A stretch of DNA of 57,526 nucleotides, taken from the IMG/VR virus record IMGVR_UViG_3300017646_000068, positions 1 to 57,526 of that record. One strand, written 5' to 3'. The stretch's first letter is position 1. Every line of letters starts with the position of its first letter. The notes beneath the pieces were generated by a model, which worked only from the letters and a program-made list of their open reading frames with translations, did not search any database and was not told the origin of the DNA. The position numbers and the translations under genes are program-made. This document shows positions 9,198 to 18,199 of this stretch, piece by piece. This DNA comes from a virus (taxonomy: Duplodnaviria; Caudoviricetes).

Positions 9198-9339
9198 TTA
9201 TCAAAGCTGGCGAGTGGCTTAGCCTTTCTAAAGAAACGAAGCAGTTTCTTCTTTCAAAAATAAAAAAGTAGCAAGCTGGGGCTCACTACTTTTTAACTGC
9301 TTAAGTTAACGGCATTTATAGTTTAGCAGATTGATTCTG

Positions 9340-9425
9340 CTGCGGCAAGAATTCGTTCTTGCCGTGGGGCTCAAGAGAAAAAATATTTTCTCCATCTAAA
9401 ATCTATACCACCTTGAGTCCCACGG
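9340..9425 (+). other. Structured intergenic element (overlapping hairpins)
   Basis: CGGCAAGAA-TTCG-TTCTTGCCG overlaps a 14-bp stem CCGTGGGGCTCAAG/CTTGAGTCCCACGG, which encloses GAGAAAA-AATA-TTTTCTC. Confidence 0.6.
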
Positions 9426-9481
9426 TGTGAATGAAAAATGCACCTAGTCTTTGAAAGCTTAATAGAGAGGGGGCAAGGACA

Positions 9482-9613
9482 ATGCCTAAAAAACAGGCCT
9501 TAGAATTCGTTATTTTCTTTCTCGAAATCGAAGCAAATCTATTGAGCAAGGGTATGTTTAACGCTGCTAGTTTCGCAAGACGGCAGCATGAGAAGTACGC
9601 GAAATATTTATGA
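9482..9613 (+). CDS. Small hypothetical protein (43 aa)
   Basis: MPKKQALEFVIFFLEIEANLL... with a purine-rich RBS; not in the ORF track. Confidence 0.45.
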   Translation: MPKKQALEFVIFFLEIEANLLSKGMFNAASFARRQHEKYAKYL

Positions 9614-9627
9614 AAGGAGAGAAGTTA

Positions 9628-9846
9628 ATGAATATTCAACATCCCGATATTACTCAAGCTGAACGTACTGGCTATCCATACGGAGTTGAGAAAGAAGAAG
9701 CGATTGGCGTTGATTATTTCGGCAATGAAATTTGGCCTGGTGATGATTATTTTGAAGATCCTGAACGTGGTGAAATGGTTATGCAAGAATACTGGCAGGA
9801 TTACATGAGTGAAGTTTATGGGTTTAAATTCAGAACGGCTGAATGA
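9628..9846 (+). CDS. YqaI-like acidic phage protein
   Basis: HPDITQAERTGYP...DYFGNEIWPGDDY; upstream of the YqaJ-type gene. Confidence 0.7.
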   Translation: MNIQHPDITQAERTGYPYGVEKEEAIGVDYFGNEIWPGDDYFEDPERGEMVMQEYWQDYMSEVYGFKFRTAE

Positions 9847-9944
9847 AAAAGACTCATGCTGCAACATGAGTCAGAAGTTCAAAACTAATTTGAATACCAC
9901 TATTCTAGCACATTACTTCAATAGTGGTAAAGGAGGGCTTTCTT

Positions 9945-10892
9945 TTGGCAAAAGTATTAACTTCTACAAACGATTTGACTCGCGAGGAATGGTTAGAAGA
10001 ACGTACAAAGGGAATCGGCGGCTCTGATTCTTCAATTATTCTTGGTCTTAATAAATGGAAAACATCCTTTGAATTGTGGCTTGAAAAAACTGGACAAGTT
10101 ATCCCTCAAGAACTTCAAAGTGACGCTGCCTATTTTGGCTCCCTATTAGAGGATTTGGTGGCTAAGGAATTCGAGAAGCGTAGTGGTAAAAAGGTACGCC
10201 GTAAAAATGCTATGCTACAGCATCCAGAACACCCATTTATTATTGCCAATGTTGATCGAATGATTGTCGGTGAAAAGGCCATTCTTGAATGTAAAACCAC
10301 ATCAGCTTATAACGCAAAAGAATGGGAAAGTGAAGAAATCCCTGAGAGCTATATTATTCAAGTTCAACATTATCTCGGCGTTTTAGGTCCTGAATATAAG
10401 AAAGCTTATTTCGCTGTATTAATTGGCGGTAATAAATTCGTTTGGAAAGAGATTGATCGTGATGATGAATTAATCGAGATTATCTTTCAGCAAGAAATTG
10501 AATTTTGGAATACACATGTTCTTGGTGGTTCGGCTCCGGTTCTTGATGGTTCTAGTGCCGCAGAGCAATATTTGAAATTGAAATATGAAAAGGGCGAAAA
10601 AGGAAAAAGCGTGGATTTTACAGCTGAGTATGCAGAAAAGATTCAGCAATATCTAGCATTAACGGACTCTATTAAATCGTTAGAAGTACAAGCTAAAGAA
10701 ATTAAAAATCAGATTCAAGCTGAAATGAAAGATGCAGAAATCGGTTTTGTTCAAAACTTCCAGACTGAATGGAAAACAATTAATTCTAATCGAGTGGATA
10801 GTAAAACCCTTAAGGAGAAGTTTCCGGATATTTATAAACAAGTGGTTAAACCTTCTGTTTCTCGTCGTTTTGGTATTAAAGAAATCAGCTAA
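9945..10892 (+). CDS. YqaJ/lambda-exonuclease-family recombination nuclease
   Basis: WLEERTKGIGGSD, ANVDR, LECKT and QVQHY. Confidence 0.93.
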   Translation: MAKVLTSTNDLTREEWLEERTKGIGGSDSSIILGLNKWKTSFELWLEKTGQVIPQELQSDAAYFGSLLEDLVAKEFEKRSGKKVRRKNAMLQHPEHPFIIANVDRMIVGEKAILECKTTSAYNAKEWESEEIPESYIIQVQHYLGVLGPEYKKAYFAVLIGGNKFVWKEIDRDDELIEIIFQQEIEFWNTHVLGGSAPVLDGSSAAEQYLKLKYEKGEKGKSVDFTAEYAEKIQQYLALTDSIKSLEVQAKEIKNQIQAEMKDAEIGFVQNFQTEWKTINSNRVDSKTLKEKFPDIYKQVVKPSVSRRFGIKEIS

Positions 10893-10906
10893 AAGGGGGC
10901 AATCAA

Positions 10907-11719
10907 ATGGCAACTGCAGATTCAGTGAAAAATAAATTAGCCAATAAAGGCCAAGGGCAAACACAAGTACAAGCAAGTAGTTTAACTTTAAAGGATTTGC
11001 TCGGTACACCTACTATGAAAAAGAAATTCGAGGAGCTTATGAGTGAGCGTGCTCCACAGTACATTACATCTATTATCAATCTTTATAACAGCGAAGCTAC
11101 TCTGCAAAAATGTGAGCCAATGTCGGTTGTTTCATCGGCTATGGTAGCTGCTACATTAGAGCTTCCGGTGGATAAAAACTTAGGGTATGCCTGGATTGTT
11201 CCATACGGCAATAAAGCACAGTTTCAACTTGGTTATAAGGGTTACATTCAATTAGCGCTACGATCAGGTCAATATCGTTTTATTAACGTTACAGCCCTAC
11301 ATGAAGGGGAATTGAAGAAGTGGAATCCATTGACTGAGGAGATTGATATTGATTTTGAAAGTCGTCAATCGGATGCAGTGATTGGCTATGCAGCTTATTT
11401 TGAATTACTTAATGGCTTTCGTAAAACAATTTATTGGAGTAAGGAACAAGTCGAAAAGCATCGTAAGAAATTTAGTAAATCGGATTTCGGTTGGAAAAAG
11501 GATTGGGATGCAATGGCTACTAAAACCGTTTTAAAAGCCCTTTTATCTAAATGGGGAATTCTATCTGTAGAGATGCAGAAGGCCGTTTCAGAGGATAATG
11601 ACGAACGTGAGTTAAAGGATATCACCAATGAGGTAAAAGAGGTTACGGATATACAGGATCCGGACATTATTGATATGCCAAATGAAGAAGAAAAAACGGA
11701 AAAGCAATCTGCTGAATAG
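10907..11719 (+). CDS. recT: RecT-family single-strand annealing protein
   Basis: LGYAWIVPY, QFQLGYKGYIQLALRSGQY and MATKTVLK. Confidence 0.93.
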   Translation: MATADSVKNKLANKGQGQTQVQASSLTLKDLLGTPTMKKKFEELMSERAPQYITSIINLYNSEATLQKCEPMSVVSSAMVAATLELPVDKNLGYAWIVPYGNKAQFQLGYKGYIQLALRSGQYRFINVTALHEGELKKWNPLTEEIDIDFESRQSDAVIGYAAYFELLNGFRKTIYWSKEQVEKHRKKFSKSDFGWKKDWDAMATKTVLKALLSKWGILSVEMQKAVSEDNDERELKDITNEVKEVTDIQDPDIIDMPNEEEKTEKQSAE

Positions 11720-11736
11720 GCAGAACTTAACTTCGA

Positions 11737-11910
11737 ATGATTATCGACAATCAGGTTTCTACTTGTGTGTTGCTCCCTAAACGATTATGGGAGCAGGCAC
11801 GGGACCGGGAACATTTAAAGCAATTGATTTTGGAGTATATGGTCCGTTATCCAGATTATCAAATTAAATCCGTAAAAAATGGCTTTGCTATTTGTGAAAG
11901 AAGGGGTTAA
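11737..11910 (+). CDS. Small phage protein (57 aa)
   Basis: MIIDNQVSTCVLLPKRLWEQA...RYPDYQIKSVKNGFAICERRG fills the gap between recT and the HNH gene. Confidence 0.65.
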   Translation: MIIDNQVSTCVLLPKRLWEQARDREHLKQLILEYMVRYPDYQIKSVKNGFAICERRG

Positions 11911-11912
11911 GC

Positions 11913-12374
11913 GTGAAAGGGATATACCGTAAGCAATTCCACGAATGGGCTCAATCGGTTCCGTTTGATGAGGTACTAAGTGAATGCGATAAATGCAAAG
12001 AAGGTATTATGTGCGTCTATTGTGAAGGGTTTGAAGGTGTATACGAAGCTTATTGGAAAGGTGACGTTGATTATTTTTGTATAGAGTGCCTTAAAGAATT
12101 TGTTAACAATGATTTACCTCAACCGATTTCGACTGGCAATCTAAGAAAGAGATTCTTAGTTTTTTCTAGAGACGATTTCAAGTGTGTTTATTGCGGGAGA
12201 AATCCAAGAGATCATGAAACAACTTTAGAAATCGAGCATGTTCATCCTAAGTCTAAGGGCGGAACTGATTCCCTTGAAAACCTTGTTACAGCGTGCAGAG
12301 AATGCAATGCGGGCAAAGGTGATTACATTCTTAATCAAAGAAATTTAAAGACAATTAAACCTGATAGGTGGTGA
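11913..12374 (+). CDS. HNH endonuclease with N-terminal Zn-finger-like cysteines
   Basis: RDDFKCVYCG, EIEHVHPKSKGG and NLVTACRECNAGKG. Confidence 0.9.
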   Translation: MKGIYRKQFHEWAQSVPFDEVLSECDKCKEGIMCVYCEGFEGVYEAYWKGDVDYFCIECLKEFVNNDLPQPISTGNLRKRFLVFSRDDFKCVYCGRNPRDHETTLEIEHVHPKSKGGTDSLENLVTACRECNAGKGDYILNQRNLKTIKPDRW

Positions 12375-12380
12375 AACTTC

Positions 12381-13088
12381 TTGAATTATCTTAAAGAGCT
12401 GAACGCTTTTCATGAATGGCTGGACACAAATCCTACATCCAGTGGGGCTATTGTTCTCTGGTACACATTAATGGCAGTCAACAATAAAACTAACTGGATA
12501 GATGAGTTTACAGTCGCTAATTTAGCGCTTCAAGCTAAAACAGGTTTATCACGTCAGCAGTTAGATAGGGCAAGGGCAGATTTAATTAATGCAGGAAGAA
12601 TCAGATACAAAAAATCAGGGCGAGTGAACAAAGCGGGTAGCTATTCGATTGTTAGTTTTGATACACAAAATGGACACGAAACAAGGCACAAAACGGACAC
12701 GAAACGAACACAAAGTGAACAAGAAGTAACCACATTAGTTAAACATAAACTAAATAAAACTAAACAAAAAGAAGATAAAGAAGATGATGATAACGCGCGT
12801 GTAAATCCTTTTACTTTTTTCGAACAAGAGGGATTTGGAACGATAAGTGGATTCACAGCAGAACGAATTGGCTACCTTATTGATGACTATAGCGAAGAGT
12901 CTGTAATAGCTGCTATGAAAGAGGCTGTTTTACATGGTGCTAGGAATCTCAAATACGTGGAAGCGATTTTGAAAAATCCTAACAAGGATTCAGGAGCAAA
13001 AAGGAGGGGGAAAGTAAAAAATGTTAAAGGACATGAACCATCTGACAGCTTACTCAACAAATATGACTTCGGCACCCGTTTCGGATAA
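12381..13088 (+). CDS. Replication initiator with C-terminal DnaD domain
   Basis: N-terminal wHTH-like segment; AMKEAVLHGARNLKYVEAIL. Confidence 0.88.
   Translation: MNYLKELNAFHEWLDTNPTSSGAIVLWYTLMAVNNKTNWIDEFTVANLALQAKTGLSRQQLDRARADLINAGRIRYKKSGRVNKAGSYSIVSFDTQNGHETRHKTDTKRTQSEQEVTTLVKHKLNKTKQKEDKEDDDNARVNPFTFFEQEGFGTISGFTAERIGYLIDDYSEESVIAAMKEAVLHGARNLKYVEAILKNPNKDSGAKRRGKVKNVKGHEPSDSLLNKYDFGTRFG
12661..12730 (+). repeat. Iteron-like repeats; probable replication origin
   Basis: Tandem ACAAAA(T/C)GGACACGAAAC-type repeats inside the initiator gene, followed by an A-rich tract. Confidence 0.7.
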
Positions 13089-13845
13089 GCGTTGTACATC
13101 ATGCAAAAAGAAATTGTTTTTAAATGAACGTGGTGAACCTTTTTGCTGGTATTGCTCAGAAGTATCTCAGCAGGATTATCAACTAGCTAAAGAAACGGAA
13201 TATATTCACAAGAAAAAGCAGATTGAGGGTCTCTATGAGTCATTTGCTAATAATAGTTTGATTAACGAAAAACTTAAGAAGGCTACTTTTAAAAATTATA
13301 TTCCACCTAATCCTGAACTCGAAGCAGCTAAGAATCGCTACATAGATTTTGTGAGGGAATATGATTCAGATAATCCAATTAGCCTGTTAGTTATCGGTAA
13401 TTACGGTACAGGTAAAAGCCATTTAGCTGTTGCAGCTACGAAAGAATTTATGAAGATGGGCAAAACAGCTTTATTCATTCAGGTCAACAAGTTGCTCACT
13501 AAAATTAAGTCTACTTGGAATAAGAATAGTGAACTTACTGAAGGCAAGCTGCTGGATATTATATCGTCTGTAGATTTACTAGTCATTGATGATTTTGGGG
13601 CTGAGTTTACGGAAAAGGATAAGTCAGAAGTTACTTGGAAAGTCACGAAAATGAATGAAATTATAGATTCTAGAGCTGGTAGAGCTACTATTTTCACCAC
13701 TAATTTTACTATCGGTGAATTATCTAGTATGTACGGCGAGCGTGATTTTTCTCGAATGGTCCAGGATGCGGAATTCGTTGAAATGTACGGTGAGAATTAT
13801 AGATTGCGGAATTTTTCAAAAGGGAAGGTGGAGCAAGATGTATAG
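13021..13845 (+). CDS. DnaC/IstB-like helicase loader ATPase
   Basis: Walker A GNYGTGKS, Walker B LLVIDD, and IFTTN. Start codon uncertain. Confidence 0.92.
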   Translation: MLKDMNHLTAYSTNMTSAPVSDKRCTSCKKKLFLNERGEPFCWYCSEVSQQDYQLAKETEYIHKKKQIEGLYESFANNSLINEKLKKATFKNYIPPNPELEAAKNRYIDFVREYDSDNPISLLVIGNYGTGKSHLAVAATKEFMKMGKTALFIQVNKLLTKIKSTWNKNSELTEGKLLDIISSVDLLVIDDFGAEFTEKDKSEVTWKVTKMNEIIDSRAGRATIFTTNFTIGELSSMYGERDFSRMVQDAEFVEMYGENYRLRNFSKGKVEQDV

Positions 13846-14065
13846 AAAAATGATGGGTTTCAATGGTAATCCACTGTGTGTGATTTATTGGAACCTCAAC
13901 GGTATAGCTCAATCTAAAACGGTTTGCTATACAGAGGACGATAAGAAATGGGCGTTGGATCGTTTTGATACAGTTGGTGACTTTTATAACAGCTATGACA
14001 AGGCTGTTATTGATTACGGTGACGAAGTAGTTGAGCACAGTCATCTGAAAGAGATGTCAGCTTAA
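13838..14065 (+). CDS. Hypothetical protein
   Basis: ATG overlaps the dnaC-like end; RBS GGAG. Confidence 0.6.
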   Translation: MYRKMMGFNGNPLCVIYWNLNGIAQSKTVCYTEDDKKWALDRFDTVGDFYNSYDKAVIDYGDEVVEHSHLKEMSA

Positions 14066-14187
14066 TGTTTGAGTATATCTGCAAGGATTGTGAAGTATCA
14101 GAAATACAGTGCAAGGTAATTCCTAAGAAGGAGTGTCCGTGCTGCAAGGTGATGATGGGAGTCATTGAGTGGGAGGGAACGGAATAA
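14065..14187 (+). CDS. Small Zn-ribbon-like protein (40 aa)
   Basis: MFEYICKDC...ECPCCK; TAATG coupling on both sides. Confidence 0.6.
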   Translation: MFEYICKDCEVSEIQCKVIPKKECPCCKVMMGVIEWEGTE

Positions 14188-14660
14188 TGGCTGCGAAATA
14201 CGGCAACAAGAAGGTCATTAGGGATGGCCATAAGTTTGATTCCATTGCTGAGAGCAAATATTATGAGCAGCTGAAATGGTTGCTTCAGGCTAAACAGATT
14301 AAAAGCTTTAAATTGCAACCACGATATTTGCTCCAAGATTCATTTAAAAAGAACGGTGTAACGTTTCGGAAGATTGAGTATGTAGCAGATTTTGAAGTTC
14401 ATAGATTGGACGGATCCATTGAAGTAATTGACATAAAGGGAGCTCCACCAACAGCAGAGTTTAAGCTGAAACATAAGCTTTTCGAACATAAATACTTACA
14501 GAGTCTTAAAGTCATTTTCTATAAGCCCGAATATGGCGGTTTTATAACGTGGGAAAGGTTAAAAGAAATTGAAAAGAAGGTGAAGCCAAGTGCGAAAAAG
14601 AAACCTCGTGTGGGTGCTTCTGTATCGAAAAGAGGGAGAGCAAGACGTGTATCTTTATGA
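14187..14660 (+). CDS. DUF1064-family putative nuclease/resolvase
   Basis: KYGNKK..DGHKFDSIAE, LQPRY, YVADF and DIKG. Confidence 0.85.
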   Translation: MAAKYGNKKVIRDGHKFDSIAESKYYEQLKWLLQAKQIKSFKLQPRYLLQDSFKKNGVTFRKIEYVADFEVHRLDGSIEVIDIKGAPPTAEFKLKHKLFEHKYLQSLKVIFYKPEYGGFITWERLKEIEKKVKPSAKKKPRVGASVSKRGRARRVSL

Positions 14661-14721
14661 TCAATTACGCAAGAAGCAGCTAGCTAGCATGTTGAAGCAT
14701 GGATGGGAGATTTGTGAGTAG
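14590..14721 (+). CDS. Small hypothetical protein (43 aa)
   Basis: GTG start after AAGGTG; MRKRNLVWVLLYRKEG...KHGWEICE. Confidence 0.45.
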   Translation: MRKRNLVWVLLYRKEGEQDVYLYDQLRKKQLASMLKHGWEICE

Positions 14722-14735
14722 GGGGTATTTAAAAT

Positions 14736-15251
14736 ATGCAGGGTGTTTGTATTAACCCCGGGCCAACGGTAACGCTCCAGGAGGGGGAAACGTATTTTTT
14801 ATTTGATCATGGACTGAACAATTATTTAGTAAGTCGGTTTAATAATCCCAACGCGCATTTTGGGAGTTATGAGAAAAAGTTTTTTGAAGTGATTCAAGAG
14901 GAGCAGCTGGAGCCCTCGCAAGCGGAGCCAGCGAACTTATGGCCATTAAAGCGTCGTTATATAGCGGAGATTAGCTCTAAAAGAGATGCGTACAGGTTAG
15001 GGGAGCGGTTTATTATAGGGTCGGCAAAGAACGAGCCGTATTTCAACGTCTATTTACTGGATAACCCGGAGCGCGGGCCGATTGGATCATACATTCATAA
15101 TTTTTTTAACATATTAGAGCCATACGAGGAACCGGATATAACACCAGTTCCCAAATCACTAGAAGTGTCCCAGGAGAAGCCAATAGCAAAGCAGAAGTCG
15201 AAAAAAACGGTCGAATTTGAGCAACTTTCTATTTTTGAGTTTATTGGTTGA
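14736..15251 (+). CDS. Hypothetical phage protein
   Basis: 171 aa; ends EQLSIFEFIG. Confidence 0.75.
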   Translation: MQGVCINPGPTVTLQEGETYFLFDHGLNNYLVSRFNNPNAHFGSYEKKFFEVIQEEQLEPSQAEPANLWPLKRRYIAEISSKRDAYRLGERFIIGSAKNEPYFNVYLLDNPERGPIGSYIHNFFNILEPYEEPDITPVPKSLEVSQEKPIAKQKSKKTVEFEQLSIFEFIG

Positions 15252-15339
15252 TAGATTAAGAAAAACGATATTAAACGGAAATAAGCAGTGGACAAATAAT
15301 GGGAGGGAGCATAATAAAATAATATTTTTGCTGCCGAAA

Positions 15340-15465
15340 TTAATTTTTGTTTTTTTTGAAATCAGGATAAAACAGAATTCCCAATATTAAAAGGGGAGTA
15401 ATAAAGATGTTGAAAAGAACAAAAGGAGTAGTGTTAATGATGTGGTCATAAATCCATTCGTACAC
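15340..15465 (-). CDS. 41-aa single-membrane-span peptide
   Basis: GTG start after GAGGTG; MYEWIYDHIINTTPFVLFNIFITPLLILGILFYPDFKKNKN. Not in the ORF track. Confidence 0.6.
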   Translation of the reverse strand: MYEWIYDHIINTTPFVLFNIFITPLLILGILFYPDFKKNKN

Positions 15466-15564
15466 TGGAATCACCTCGATGTTTGCTAATTAATATGTAC
15501 AAAACAAAAAAAGATGATACGGAATGGACACAAACTGTGTATCAAGATATAAAAACAATCAGGA

Positions 15565-16047
15565 TTAACCCGATTGTTTCTCTGCTGATTTTCTAATTAA
15601 TGTTATCAAAAATCTAACAATTAAAAATGTGGAAGCTATTGAAATAAAACTATGTATTCCAGTCCAAGATTTTTTATAGGTAATTAATTTTGTGTTTTTC
15701 TCAAGCCAAAGTTCAGCTACTACAGTTGGAAAAGTAAACATGAAACACTTAGTGAGTATTCCTAAGATATTTGATTTTTTGGTTACTTGATTGAAATAAA
15801 TACACATTACAGGAAAAATTAGATAACTAAACAAAATGCTTATGTCAAAGCTCTTAAATAATCTTACTGGGTACTTTAAATAACCTTTTTTGACCAAAAT
15901 GTTATCTAAAATTGAAGCGATGTAACCTTTTAATAAGAAAATAAGTAACCAATCTTTTAATGGGGGTCTTCTAATTAAATAAAAAAAAGAAACGATTCCT
16001 ATGAAAAATGATAATCTTATTGTATTTTTTTCAAACTGATTAGCCAT
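15565..16047 (-). CDS. CBO0543-like membrane protein
   Basis: Multiple TM segments; KDWLLIF...YLKYPVRLF...YLIFPVMCIYFNQ...E.WLEKNTKLITY. Confidence 0.75.
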   Translation of the reverse strand: MANQFEKNTIRLSFFIGIVSFFYLIRRPPLKDWLLIFLLKGYIASILDNILVKKGYLKYPVRLFKSFDISILFSYLIFPVMCIYFNQVTKKSNILGILTKCFMFTFPTVVAELWLEKNTKLITYKKSWTGIHSFISIASTFLIVRFLITLIRKSAEKQSG

Positions 16048-16241
16048 ACGTCTCCTCCGTTGGAAGTTTCCATTAGTTTAACCAAAAAAAGATGAAAAAC
16101 AATTTTTTCTTTCTTTTTACTTATTGCACAGTACGAAGATAAAACGCTACTGAACGTGGTAGCGTTTCTGGCGAATGTAAAAAAGGAATTATTATAAAAA
16201 AACCACCTCATTAGCGAATGCTTTTAGAGGTGGCGAGCAGA

Positions 16242-16622
16242 TTAAGTTGCTATATCAGTTGTGGCGCCAGGAGCATAATTTGTTACTACTAAAACAACCG
16301 GTGAGTTTGCTTCGACTGTAGATCCAAGAGGAACAGTGATTACTAGTTGTCCTGTTCCAGCACCACCTGGAGTATAGGTTAGTAAACTCTCCATTTGTAA
16401 AACTCCATTTATATAAACATTGAAGTAACTATTATCGGTGGCTAATGCAGGTAAAGTGGTAGCATCTGCACCTGTATCTGTCCAGAAATCTTCAACAGGA
16501 ATTGTGATTGTACCAGCACCTACAACCTGTGCCGCAACCTCATTAAAGAAACGTTCTACTGTCGGGTCTACAATGACTGTAGTAGTTCCTGTAATAGCAA
16601 GTTTCATGATTTTCAGTGGCAA
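16242..16622 (-). CDS. DUF4183-like protein (spore-surface associated)
   Basis: NSYFNVYINGVLQ motif; RBS AAGGAGG and TTG start. Confidence 0.75.
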   Translation of the reverse strand: MPLKIMKLAITGTTTVIVDPTVERFFNEVAAQVVGAGTITIPVEDFWTDTGADATTLPALATDNSYFNVYINGVLQMESLLTYTPGGAGTGQLVITVPLGSTVEANSPVVLVVTNYAPGATTDIAT

Positions 16623-16777
16623 TTTATTTAACCTCCTTAAGGGATTCTCTATATATCATATAGTGATGTATGGAGAATGATTGGACTGTTAAAGTGTTTT
16701 TGAAAAATGATAAATCACTGCATAAAGGCTTTGATTATATATTGATATATAGAGGCTTTAGCGAGGAAGTGGGAGAA

Positions 16778-17110
16778 ATGTCAAAAAAAAACTCAAAAGT
16801 ATACTTAAATTTACCAAGTATACCCAAGCAGGAAAAACGTTTTATTTCCCCAAGAAAAGTATTGATATATGAATTTTATGCAATTTCTGACGGGTGTAGT
16901 CTAGTCTATAAAAACAAGGATGGACTTTGTGAAGTTGCAAAACAAGAAATTCTTGACCCAAAGGAAATATCATACATGAATCTTTTTATTAACGGTGTTC
17001 TACAGCCATATGAAAATTACATTGTGAAAAAAGGGGAAATTCGGTTAAAAACAGTTGATGTACCAATTAAAGGTGCGCCAATTATTTTACAAATGGTGAA
17101 AGTATTATGA
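16778..17110 (+). CDS. Second DUF4183-like protein
   Basis: SYMNLFINGVLQP...PIKGAPIILQ; divergent from the first copy. Confidence 0.75.
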   Translation: MSKKNSKVYLNLPSIPKQEKRFISPRKVLIYEFYAISDGCSLVYKNKDGLCEVAKQEILDPKEISYMNLFINGVLQPYENYIVKKGEIRLKTVDVPIKGAPIILQMVKVL

Positions 17111-17287
17111 AAAGCTTGTTTAAATGAGAGGAAGTTTTGAAGGTAAATTTGTTAATTGAAAATTTGACCTGAATATTTCAAAAAAGCATGTACAGGTAGA
17201 GAAGTTACTATATCATCGACCATGCCCAACAAGAAAACTATGTGGTAACGGCCATTGTTTAATATGGATTTCGTAGAAGATATAAAA

Positions 17288-17335
17288 GGAGCAAGGCCAG
17301 CTGGGTGTTACTCTCGATGATTAAACGCCTTACTC
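17288..17335. repeat. Repeated hairpin motif, copy 1
   Basis: GGAGCAAGGC..CTGGGTGTTA...ATGATTAAACGCCTTACTC. Confidence 0.65.
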
Positions 17336-17485
17336 TTATTTACGGTATGCCTTCCAGAGGGGATTGATACACGTCAAGGTAGCGTTTCAGATACAAACTG
17401 TGCAACAAAAGAGAATAAACTGTTGAATCGTTAGAGTCTTTATCAATTCAACAATTTAAAATTTTCTTTTAAGAATGTTATATAA

Positions 17486-17611
17486 TTATGATTTTTTATG
17501 TTCTTTATTCACAATGTATCTCGGTTTCCTTGATACTGCGATTAACGAAATAATAAAGCTAATCCCTAAGAATGATGATAATGTCCACGCAAATAGTTCG
17601 ATGGATGCCAT
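17486..17611 (-). CDS. 41-aa membrane peptide with basic tail
   Basis: ATG after GGGAGGG; MASIELFAWTLSSFLGISFIISLIAVSRKPRYIVNKEHKKS. Not in the ORF track. Confidence 0.65.
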   Translation of the reverse strand: MASIELFAWTLSSFLGISFIISLIAVSRKPRYIVNKEHKKS

Positions 17612-17885
17612 AGTTTATCCCTCCCTATTTTGTGTATTTTTTTAAGATATTCCATCAAGCTTGTCTTTTTGCTAACAAATTTATAAATGCAAATAAACGG
17701 AAGTTCATACACAAAATAAAAAGAAGCATTTGGCATCGCCTTCGCCAAATACACTGATAGCCACTCTTGCTATCCAACCTAATATAGAATTACATCCTGT
17801 GTGTAATAATATTTCTCACACCTCTTTAAAACGAAACCGGAAATGTATGTAATTTAAGTGGTGTCACAGTACTTAGATTAAGTGA

Positions 17886-17937
17886 GGGAGCAAGGCAGGC
17901 TGGTGTTAGTTCAGTCAATGACTAAACGCCTTGTCCC
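17886..17937. repeat. Repeated hairpin motif, copy 2
   Basis: GGGAGCAAGGC..GCTGGTGTTA...ATGACTAAACGCCTTGTCCC. A partial third copy starts near 18232. Confidence 0.65.
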
Positions 17938-18028
17938 ATATTATTTTATTTCCTCTAATGGGGTTCGCTATACGTTAAGGGGGGGTAATGTCGTATTACG
18001 AAGAAAAAGTGAAATAAGAAAGGTTTTT

Positions 18029-18199
18029 ATGATGTCAAAAATAACGGAGATATATGCACAGTATACAGCAGGGAAAAAGTTTAAAACTGTTTCAGAATTA
18101 GTTGAAGAATCATTACACATTAAGAACCCATCCGATTTAGTGGGTAGTAATAAGACAATGCAAGAATTGGCTAAAAAACACTCTAAATACTTTAAATGA
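18029..18199 (+). CDS. Small hypothetical protein
   Basis: Likely start MMSKITE after AAAGG. The longer track ORF runs through the RNA-like motif. Confidence 0.5.
   Translation: MMSKITEIYAQYTAGKKFKTVSELVEESLHIKNPSDLVGSNKTMQELAKKHSKYFK

Noticed and set aside
17886-17937. Fluoride riboswitch (TGGTGTT...AATGAC resemblance)
   Set aside because: Lacks the GATGG..TTC..C P1 and pseudoknot pairing, and no fluoride-related gene lies downstream.
17566-18028. Track ORF 17566-17754 (-) and the N-terminal half of 17882-18199 (+)
   Set aside because: Poor RBS. Better explained by the 41-aa peptide with a strong RBS and by the repeated RNA-like motif.
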